Assembly: GCA_943787795.1 (NCBI GenBank)
Contig: CALSNU010000002.1
Location: 480,001-544,000 of the forward strand
Direction of reading: 5' to 3'
From: an uncultured bacterium
GTDB taxonomy: Bacteria; Planctomycetota; UBA1135; GCA-002686595
Length of the DNA stretch: 64,000 nt
In this document: positions 56,666-64,000 of the stretch, one piece after another
Numbering within the stretch: the stretch's first letter is position 1
How the letters are laid out: every line of letters begins with the position of its first letter
Position numbers and translations under genes: made by a program
The notes under the pieces: model-generated
Seen by the model: only the letters and a program-made list of their open reading frames with translations
What the model was told of the DNA's origin: nothing
Databases searched by the model: none

Positions 56666-58938
56666 CACTTGCCTGGGCTCTTGTAGATGCGATGGGGGTC
56701 ATCTCCCAGGCCATCCTCGTCCACAGCGTTGGCGCCCATCGACCAGATCACGTAACCGTCATCCGTCAGCTTGTAGCGCAACTTTCTCCCCCAGCCATCG
56801 CTGATTCCACTCGCGAGGTAGGCGGGCTTGCCGTCGTCGGAGCGCGCGAGCGCCTCGAGGTTCTGTGGCAGCTCGCCATCGTGATCCAGCTGATACATCT
56901 TCACCGCGACCTCCACGCTCATCAGCTGAGACTGTGTATCGGACTCGGCTCCCACGGGGGACGGAGGCTCCGGGATCGAGCCCTCGACCTCCAGGAATTC
57001 GGAGTCGAGCTCGTCCCAGACTTCAATGTCCACAGCGGCGGGCATGAACATCACGGACGCGCTCCCGACCCCGAAGAGGATCGCGGGGATCTCCGGGCCC
57101 AGGGAGGACACCGTGATGTCCATGAACCCGTCGTCGACCTTGACCCAGCGGCGCTCGCTGGCACTGAAGTGGCGCGTCAGAACGTCCATGTCGGGCAGCG
57201 AATCCAGCTTGAAGGGCAGCGGCAGGTCCGCTTCCCCCCCCGCAAGATCGCCGATCATCGGAGCCAGCGCCCGCAGCTGCGTGTAGAGATTGCCGTAGAA
57301 CACCGCCCAATCGGCGAAGCTCACCATGGTCGCGTCACCTGAGAGCTCGGCGGCGCTCAGCCCCGCGTGCACCTCTGCCTCTTGACCCGCCTCGGCCAGC
57401 TTGGCCACCCGGCGCACCTCCCGCTTGGCGTGACTTGGCAAGGTCGAGATCAGCACGCGATCGTCCATGACCGTGACGGTCGGACGGCTGAAGCTGGAGG
57501 GGTCAATGGGCAGGCCCAGCTGCATCCCGCCCTGGCCACCAGCCAGGGCGCTGAAAGACCAGGTGTACACCGTCGCTCCCCGGTACTCGGTGCGCTGCCC
57601 GTCCACGCCGTCCTCCATCATCTCCATGAGACCGTCCATGCCCCGCACAAAGGCCTCGCGGTCGTCGAGGCTCGCGACGGCCATCAGGTTAGGCGCCGAG
57701 AGGAGCGAGCGGAGCTTCGGGAGGCTGTACGAGATCGACCCACCGAGGGGCTCAATCAGGTCGCGGTCGATGCGGAACCCGTACGCAGTCTCCATGCCTT
57801 GCATGACCTCCTCCATCTCCTCCGAGCTGACGTCGTTGGAGGCCTGGACCAGGAGATCAAAGAGCTGCTCCGGGTCAAAGCTAGCCACGGAGGTCACCAG
57901 GGCGTCGGGGTGTGCGAGGGTGAGGCTGGATGGCTGCAGTGGGGTGCCGCCGACCATCTTTAGGCTGGAGATGGGCGGGGAACCAGGAATCCAGCCGGTC
58001 GTCAGATAGCGCCCATCCGCACCGATGCCGAAGTTCCAGTGCCCTCCACGGAGCATCGCGGTCCCCGGAGCGCCGAGCATCAGCTCGGTCATGGTGACCG
58101 CGGGGCCCGCCAAGAGCGCCCAGGTCGGGCCGGCAGGGTCGGTCAGCTCCAGCAGGCTTGAGAGGCCGGCATAGGCAGGGGTGTAGAGCTCCATGACGGT
58201 GGTCCCCTCCGCGGCGCCGAGCCTCTCGCGACCGACCTCGATCTCGGCGGAGAAAGCGCGGGGTGCCGCGCGACTCAACCGCGCGAGCTCCTTGCCGAGG
58301 TCCTCGATCCCGACCGCCATCAGCGCCCGCGTGCCGCCAAAGGCCATGTACTCCGTGGGAGCGTCCACGGATCCGGAGATCTCCATGACCGTGAGCCGCG
58401 GCGAACCGAATGCCCCGCCGTCTCCGTCGAGGCTCATCGCGCGAGTCGCGACCTGTTGCGATCGCCTCCCCACGAAGACGTCGCGCATGACCGTCGTCCA
58501 AGCCTCGCAGGAGGCCTCGTCTTCAAAGTCGACCACGACGCGCAGATCGAGGTCCGGGACCGATGTGTCCCCGTCCAGCAGCCCCACGAGCCCCAACACC
58601 GAGTCTCCCCCCGAACCACCGAGGTCAAGTGACATGGAGACCGATCGGACCCCCTTGTGCAGATCGAGGATCCGGGGGAGCTCCCCCTCCATTCCACGCA
58701 GCTGTGCGACGAGCAGCTCGACCGGATCGACCGGCCCGCTCCCCATGACGTCTCCAAGCGCAGCGTGCAGCTCCTCGTCCGCCATCGTCCGGGCCAGCGC
58801 CGTCCCACCGAAGGCGTCGAGGGCCGCCTGAAGATCGGGGATCACCACGACGAGGTCGGCGCCCTTGGGGTGGAGGTCCTGCGCTGTGGACTCGGGGGAC
58901 TGGGCGGCGAAGAGGGCGAGGGAGAGGAGGATCGACAT
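56665..58938 (-). CDS. Secreted hypothetical protein with a C-terminal GspG/pseudopilin-like domain
   Basis: Signal peptide; C-terminal AVKMYQLDHDGELPQNLEAL...DGWGRKLRY...IWSMGAN...GDD. Confidence 0.7.
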   Translation of the reverse strand: MSILLSLALFAAQSPESTAQDLHPKGADLVVVIPDLQAALDAFGGTALARTMADEELHAALGDVMGSGPVDPVELLVAQLRGMEGELPRILDLHKGVRSVSMSLDLGGSGGDSVLGLVGLLDGDTSVPDLDLRVVVDFEDEASCEAWTTVMRDVFVGRRSQQVATRAMSLDGDGGAFGSPRLTVMEISGSVDAPTEYMAFGGTRALMAVGIEDLGKELARLSRAAPRAFSAEIEVGRERLGAAEGTTVMELYTPAYAGLSSLLELTDPAGPTWALLAGPAVTMTELMLGAPGTAMLRGGHWNFGIGADGRYLTTGWIPGSPPISSLKMVGGTPLQPSSLTLAHPDALVTSVASFDPEQLFDLLVQASNDVSSEEMEEVMQGMETAYGFRIDRDLIEPLGGSISYSLPKLRSLLSAPNLMAVASLDDREAFVRGMDGLMEMMEDGVDGQRTEYRGATVYTWSFSALAGGQGGMQLGLPIDPSSFSRPTVTVMDDRVLISTLPSHAKREVRRVAKLAEAGQEAEVHAGLSAAELSGDATMVSFADWAVFYGNLYTQLRALAPMIGDLAGGEADLPLPFKLDSLPDMDVLTRHFSASERRWVKVDDGFMDITVSSLGPEIPAILFGVGSASVMFMPAAVDIEVWDELDSEFLEVEGSIPEPPSPVGAESDTQSQLMSVEVAVKMYQLDHDGELPQNLEALARSDDGKPAYLASGISDGWGRKLRYKLTDDGYVIWSMGANAVDEDGLGDDPHRIYKSPGK

Positions 58939-59008
58939 GTTGGGATGCCTCAGGGCAGGGTGCCGGGCTGGGTGCCGGGCTGGGGGGCGGTCGATCAGGT
59001 GAGATCGG

Positions 59009-60478
59009 CTACTTGTTCATGAACGCGCGAAGCTGCTCGTCACGTTCCGAGATGCTCTTGCGAATCGAGGCGAAGATGTTCGCCGTCTCCTCCCGTTTTT
59101 CCATCGCGTCCTTCAACTCCTCGTGAAGGCGTGAGAGTTCGGGGTCCCCACCGTCGACGAGGAACGCGACAAACAGCCCTGACTGGTTGATGAGCCGCGA
59201 GGTCTCCTCGTTCTGGCCGCTCGCCTCAAAGTCGAAGACGTCGTCAAAGTCAAGCAGGCCGCCCTGAGCGTTGAGGTTCGATGCTGACCACTTTCGAGCC
59301 CAGTAGGGGTCGCCACCCCGCTTGATCTGATTGTCCTTGAACCAGCGTGACGCGTAGCACGCCGCGCCCCATCGGAACCACCGGGGGAGCTTGTGGGCAC
59401 GAAGCCGAACCGCGGCGAACTCCGGCGTGACCTCCCCCTCTCCATAGACGTCATCGAGTCCGTCGAAGCAGGGGTCGATGGACTCCACGAAGGAGAGGCC
59501 GTAGGCGAAGCGCGCGTCGTGCAGACCGAACAGATCTCCTGACTCATTCTCCTCGTCCCAGAAGGTCACCCCCATGCCGAGGTACCGCTCCTCGTCAAAG
59601 TCAAACCAGAGGTCTGCGAAGGCGGAGCGATTGAAGGCGGACATCGCCAGCGGGTCGAGCTGTGGGAGGTCGTAGTCGTCGTCGCCGTCCATGAACCGCA
59701 GGTACTCGGACCGACTGCGAACCACCATGAAGGCGGGCTGATCATCCCCTCCGAACCCGAAGACCTTGAGCATGTCAAAGTACGCCTGCTCAGCCTGCTT
59801 GGCCGCCTTCATGGCCGTCTCACGACTGCAGGTGGTCCAGACCGTGGCGCGCTTCTCGGGGATCCTCCACGGCGTCTCGATGTCCCCATGCCACTCGTTG
59901 GCGGCGGCTAAGGGGAGCCACTTGTCATCGCACTTCCAGAGCCCCTCATCGAGCTTGCCGACCTCGTCAGGGGAGACCCAGTTGAGGTCTTGGAGCTTCC
60001 ACCCTTCGGCCAGCCGCTTGCGCGCCACCGGGTCGTACCACTCATCCGTCGCGGCGTCTTTCTTCCACCCCTTGTCGAGGTAGACCACGTCCGCCGGCGA
60101 CACCCACTTGCCGTCGTACTTCACGAGACCGCGCTCCTTGGCGATCTTCGACATGTACCGCTCGAGGGCACGCTCGGAGTCATACCACTTGCCCTCGAAC
60201 TGCACGTGACCGAGCGCCGCGTGGGCCTCCGCGTGGTCCGGCGCAGCCTTGATCACCTTGTTGAGCACGCGCTTGCGGTACTTCTTGCGATCGTCTTCCT
60301 CCAGGGTCCACTCGTAGAGCGCCCACAGCTTCTCAGGGTCGTCTCCAGCCGCCTTGAGCAGGGACTTGTAGTCCTCGACCTCCACGACGATCGAGGGTTC
60401 GCCGATTGGCGCCACACCCGTGAGCGAAGCGACGGAAGCGGTCATGGGCGAGACGGCGAGAAAGAGAGAGATCAGCAT
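59009..60478 (-). CDS. Secreted hypothetical protein
   Basis: 489-aa ORF with signal peptide; repeated G(H/L)VxxxGKW motifs; LPRWFRWGAACY. Confidence 0.75.
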   Translation of the reverse strand: MLISLFLAVSPMTASVASLTGVAPIGEPSIVVEVEDYKSLLKAAGDDPEKLWALYEWTLEEDDRKKYRKRVLNKVIKAAPDHAEAHAALGHVQFEGKWYDSERALERYMSKIAKERGLVKYDGKWVSPADVVYLDKGWKKDAATDEWYDPVARKRLAEGWKLQDLNWVSPDEVGKLDEGLWKCDDKWLPLAAANEWHGDIETPWRIPEKRATVWTTCSRETAMKAAKQAEQAYFDMLKVFGFGGDDQPAFMVVRSRSEYLRFMDGDDDYDLPQLDPLAMSAFNRSAFADLWFDFDEERYLGMGVTFWDEENESGDLFGLHDARFAYGLSFVESIDPCFDGLDDVYGEGEVTPEFAAVRLRAHKLPRWFRWGAACYASRWFKDNQIKRGGDPYWARKWSASNLNAQGGLLDFDDVFDFEASGQNEETSRLINQSGLFVAFLVDGGDPELSRLHEELKDAMEKREETANIFASIRKSISERDEQLRAFMNK

Positions 60479-60646
60479 GGAATCTTCAAGTCAACGAGGA
60501 TGCGAGCCGGGCAGCTTGCCCGCTCGGACGATATAGCTCCTATAATGCCGGGCCATGCGCCAGGGGGGAGACCCCTGGCCGCTCTGAGCCAAGAGAAGCT
60601 CGGGACCCAGTCGAACCCTAAACGCCTCGCACAACAGGCAAGCACG

Positions 60647-61642
60647 ATGGCCAAGCACAAGGCTGCCACCGAAATCACGATCGCCCAGGAAGAGCAGTCC
60701 GCATTCGCGACGCTGGTCTTCAAGTACAAGTGGCCGGCTCTCTCGGCTCTGGCTGTGGGCGCCGCTGCCGTCCTGTACACACAGAGCGCCTCGCAGGCCG
60801 CGACGGAGTCAGAGCGGGCGGTGTGGGGCCAACTGTACGAGGCCTCGACCGCGGATGATCCACAGGCTGCGCTGGAGGCGCTGACCGCCCAGGACACAGA
60901 GGGGGTCGTCGCCGCCTGGGCGTATGTGGATCTGGCCAGGACCCACCTCCAGGATTCGGAGTACGAGGCGGCCATCGCAGCCATCCAGAGCGCTCAAGCG
61001 CTCTCTCCGGCCCTCCTCAGCTCGCTCGAGTTCCCGATCGGGCCCGACGGTTCCGGCCAGTCCATCCTCGACCACCTCGAGGCCAGCGTCGCTCAGGAAG
61101 CCGCCTGGACACTGGAGCACCCGGGCATCTTCGAGAACCCCCCGCTGCCCGAAGGCTCGCCGCGCGTCGAACTCATGACCGATCTTGGGCCGATCATCCT
61201 CGGCCTTGACAGCGCCGCGGCCCCTGGCCATTCAGCGAACTTCCTCACGCTGGTGAAGGATGGCTACTACAACGGCACCCGCTTCCACCGGATCCAACCT
61301 GGCCGCTTCATCCAGGGTGGTGATCCGAACTCCAGGGACGATGACGCGAGCACCTGGGGCCTTGGGGGGCCCGAGAAGACCGTTCCCGCCGAGGAATCCG
61401 GCCTCATCCACGCGGAGGGCGTTCTCGCCGCCGCCAAGGTGTCTGGCGCGGTCAATTCCTCCGGCAGCCAGTTCTACCTGACGGCCTCCCCTCAGCATCA
61501 GTTCGACGGCAACTACGTCGTCTACGGGAGAGTGCTGGAGGGTCTGGACCTCGTGAAGGAAGTCTCCAACGGGGAGATCCGTGAGGAGAAGGCGGAGACC
61601 CCCGTTGAGCCTGTGACGATCATCAGCACCAGGATCCTCTGA
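60647..61642 (+). CDS. Membrane-anchored cyclophilin-type peptidyl-prolyl isomerase
   Basis: N-terminal TM and TPR-like helices; NFLTLVKDGYYNGTRFHRI, IQGGDP, SGSQFY, YVVYGRVLEG. Confidence 0.92.
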   Translation: MAKHKAATEITIAQEEQSAFATLVFKYKWPALSALAVGAAAVLYTQSASQAATESERAVWGQLYEASTADDPQAALEALTAQDTEGVVAAWAYVDLARTHLQDSEYEAAIAAIQSAQALSPALLSSLEFPIGPDGSGQSILDHLEASVAQEAAWTLEHPGIFENPPLPEGSPRVELMTDLGPIILGLDSAAAPGHSANFLTLVKDGYYNGTRFHRIQPGRFIQGGDPNSRDDDASTWGLGGPEKTVPAEESGLIHAEGVLAAAKVSGAVNSSGSQFYLTASPQHQFDGNYVVYGRVLEGLDLVKEVSNGEIREEKAETPVEPVTIISTRIL

Positions 61643-61665
61643 TCCGCTTTACCTGCTCCGGCCCG

Positions 61666-61709
61666 ACGAAGAAGGGGCGGTGGACCGTGGTCCACCGCCC
61701 CTTCTTCGT
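61666..61709 (+). terminator. Long GC hairpin, probable intrinsic terminator
   Basis: ACGAAGAAGGGGCGGTGGACC-gt-GGTCCACCGCCCCTTCTTCGT, 24 nt after the PPIase stop. Confidence 0.8.
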
Positions 61710-61771
61710 GCCCGGAGGCTGACGGCACCCGCGGCCGATCAGCGATCTCCCCACCTTGCCTTCAGGCTTCA

Positions 61772-61787
61772 TGTTCCACGTGGAACA
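61772..61787. promoter_or_regulatory. parS: parS site 1
   Basis: TGTTCCACGTGGAACA, a perfect palindrome matching the parS consensus TGTTNCACGTGNAACA. Confidence 0.92.
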
Positions 61788-61878
61788 CGGAGCTCCCGCC
61801 CGGCGCCACTCCAGCGGCACCCGGTGCTTCGATGGAGAACCAGCATGGCGCGTTCTCGTCCGACCTGGACCCCTGGAG

Positions 61879-61894
61879 TGTTCCACGTGGAACA
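61879..61894. promoter_or_regulatory. parS: parS site 2
   Basis: TGTTCCACGTGGAACA. Confidence 0.92.
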
Positions 61895-62158
61895 CGCCAA
61901 TTCGGTGCTGGGCCCATCCCTGAAAGGGACCACCCCGGAGCTGTACTCCTACGGCCTTCATAGCTCAACGGACCAGGATCCCCCGGCTCGGTCCTGGGGC
62001 TCCGATTAACGGCAGGGGTCGCTCCCCTGGAGTGATCGCTCTCCGGGCCCCGGCCAGGCGTTCACAAGCCACGACCGGCACGGTGCTCCCGCCCCGTGGG
62101 CGAGCTTGCCCGGCGGCAAAGGGGTTCGATTCGTGGGCCAGCGGAGATGGCCCATTGA

Positions 62159-62174
62159 TGTTCCACGTGGAACA
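62159..62174. promoter_or_regulatory. parS: parS site 3
   Basis: TGTTCCACGTGGAACA. Confidence 0.92.
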
Positions 62175-62420
62175 ACCGCCACGCTCACTCCACCTTCAAC
62201 CAAGCCCCAAGCGCCACCACAACCCCAAGGGCCCCGTTGCGATGGCCAGGACCACCTCGGAACCGCCGCCTGGGCCTCCCCTCAGGTCGCGCAACCTTCG
62301 CGAGCGGCTCCAACCCCGAGCCTGCCGGACCACCGACCGGCGAAGCCCGATTCATCACCAAGGGCGGCCGGGACCACGAGCGACACGACGTCAGAGCACG
62401 GACCGAAGCTCTGGAGCGGT

Positions 62421-62436
62421 TGTTCCACGTGGAACA
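62421..62436. promoter_or_regulatory. parS: parS site 4
   Basis: TGTTCCACGTGGAACA, within a 20-bp palindrome at 62419-62438. Confidence 0.92.
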
Positions 62437-62737
62437 ACTCACCTACGACCATGTCATTTCCAATTGTGGACAACCCACCTTCGCACTCTCCGGGTCCCCA
62501 GCCTCCGTCTCAGGCTTGGTCACTGCACCACGCACTGGAGGCGCGAGAGCAGCTATCCCGCCAGAGTCGCGCTGCGGCCACCACATCACGGAGTCCGTGG
62601 AGAACTGGTGGAGAACTACCCGCAGATCGACAAGACCCAACGCAGGCAGGCTCCGCTCCCCCCCCGACCCAGCGACCCACCCCACCCCGTCGATGGAGGA
62701 CCCCCAAGGACCACAAGGCGTTGTGGCCCTGGCAGAT

Positions 62738-63703
62738 TCAGATCGAGTCCTTGGGCGCCATCTGATCGCAGAGACGCTCGAGCTCATCGCGATTGGCGTA
62801 GTCCAAGGTGATCGAACCGCGGTACTTGCTGCCGTTCCGAAGCGTCACCTTGACCCCGAGGGCTTCCCGGAGGCGCCCCTCCATCTCACCCACCCAGGCC
62901 GGCTGCGTCGCGCCCACCTTGCTGGCCCCCGTGGAGCCAGCGGGGGCCTCTGAGGCTCCGCCGCTGCGAGTCAGCCGCTCGGTCTCGCGAACCGAGAGTT
63001 GTTTCCTCACGACTTGACCGAGGGCGCTGCGGATCGCCGCGGGGTCCGCCAGGCCAAGAAGGGCCTTGGCGTGACCGGAGGTGATCATGCCCTGGCTGAG
63101 CGCCTCGAGGGCCTCCTCTGGGAGGTCGAGCAGGCGAAGCTGGTTGGCGACCGAGGAGCGCTTGATTCCCATGCGCTCGGCCACCTGCTCCTGATTCAGG
63201 CCCACGCGATCCATGAGCGCTCGATAGCCGCGCGCCTTCTCCACCGGATCCAGGTCCATGCGCTGGATGTTCTCGACGATCGCCAACTCCAGGCTCACCT
63301 CGTCCGAGACGTCATCGCGAACCACCGCGGGAATGACCTGCAGACCTGCGTTCCTGGCGGCACGCCAACGACGCTCGCCCGAGATGATCTCGAAGCCACT
63401 GCCCTCCCGCCGAACTGTGATCGGCTGCAGTACGCCGTGCCGAAGGATGCTCTGACGAAGCTCCTCGAGCCCCTCCGACTCGAACACCTTGCGAGGCTGG
63501 TCCGGGTTTCGGCGGATCGCTGCCAGCTCCACCATCCGGCCGACGGTCTCCGCCGCGTCGGGCGCTTCCTCGGATCGGGGCGGCTCAGCCTTCGCGGGCA
63601 CGGCGCCCTTGCCCTGGGGAACGACGGTCTTGGGGCGCTCTGCTTGTCCGTCTTCAGGCTGCCCCAGAAGGGAGCCAAGGCCTCGACCGAGTCGACGTTC
63701 CAT
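62738..63703 (-). CDS. parB: Chromosome partitioning protein ParB/Spo0J
   Basis: RLGRGLGSLL ParA-interaction peptide, NPDQPRKVF, GVLQPI, SGERRWRAA, ENIQRMDL, HTH (QEQVAERMG..RSSVANQLRLL), GHAKALL. Confidence 0.96.
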   Translation of the reverse strand: MERRLGRGLGSLLGQPEDGQAERPKTVVPQGKGAVPAKAEPPRSEEAPDAAETVGRMVELAAIRRNPDQPRKVFESEGLEELRQSILRHGVLQPITVRREGSGFEIISGERRWRAARNAGLQVIPAVVRDDVSDEVSLELAIVENIQRMDLDPVEKARGYRALMDRVGLNQEQVAERMGIKRSSVANQLRLLDLPEEALEALSQGMITSGHAKALLGLADPAAIRSALGQVVRKQLSVRETERLTRSGGASEAPAGSTGASKVGATQPAWVGEMEGRLREALGVKVTLRNGSKYRGSITLDYANRDELERLCDQMAPKDSI

Positions 63704-63887
63704 GGGGTTCTTGATCGAGGGGCGGTGAGGGACTGGCGAGCGAGCCGGGACGAGCGGCGCGCGACTCTAGAGCAAGCCGTACACCTGTCAAGGGACACCG
63801 TCCCGGACACCTTGATGGCTCTTGATCAAGGGTAGCGAATGTCTGGATTCTCGACGGAGAGCGTTAGGCTCTGGGCGGATGAGCTGC

Positions 63888-64000
63888 ATGAACGTCACCC
63901 TCGGTCTCGTCCGGCACCACCTGCGCCAACCGCTCGGTTGGGTGCTCATCGTCGCCCTCTTGTTGTCCTGGCCGGCGCTGCGGACCTTCCTCCCGCTTGG
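63888..64000 (+). CDS. Start of a probable membrane protein (runs off window)
   Basis: MNVTLGLVRHHLRQPLGWVLIVALLLSWPAL..., open to the edge and divergent from parB. Confidence 0.45.
   Translation, partial: MNVTLGLVRHHLRQPLGWVLIVALLLSWPALRTFLPL

Noticed and set aside
62068..62140. tRNA (for example tRNA-Sec) suggested by GGTTCGATTC
   Set aside because: No T-stem pairing, acceptor stem or cloverleaf could be built.
61772..62436. CRISPR-like repeats or small ORFs containing FHVEH/VPRGT
   Set aside because: The repeats are 16-bp palindromes with irregular 107-280 bp spacing that match parS. The peptides are just translations of the palindrome.
52500..64000. Horizontally acquired island, suggested by more A/T-ending codons
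   Set aside because: The impression is unquantified. The region holds core genes (parB, PPIase) and no integrase, transposase, tRNA or flanking repeats.

Overview
This is a very GC-rich bacterial chromosomal segment, most likely from Planctomycetota (two DUF1549/DUF1553 + DUF1501 loci, planctomycete cytochrome c domains, sulfatase-like proteins). It is probably origin-proximal: parB and four perfect parS palindromes lie at the right end, gyrA is nearby, and about two thirds of genes point away from parS. Core genes include dsbD-like, class II nrdJ, murJ, gyrA, rnhC, cystathionine beta-synthase, korAB, a superoxide dismutase, a cyclophilin and parB. The main hidden signal is that the two ORF-track entries 16829..17671 and 16502..16810 are one gene. 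An in-frame UGA sits exactly at the first position of the thioredoxin CxxC motif (FYGFW-UGA-PPC) and is followed by SECIS-like hairpins, so this is a probable exported TlpA-like selenoprotein. It heads an apparent operon with a MauG/bCcP-family diheme enzyme and a 1262-aa uncharacterised secreted heme protein, which together form the best candidate for an undescribed system. Other observations are two single-base frameshifts in C6 runs (Rieske protein, DUF374), an aminotransferase relic, a 13-bp tandem array and several catalytically degenerate or unusually fused proteins. No rRNA, tRNA, CRISPR array or mobile element was seen. All family assignments come from motif recognition by eye, not from database searches.
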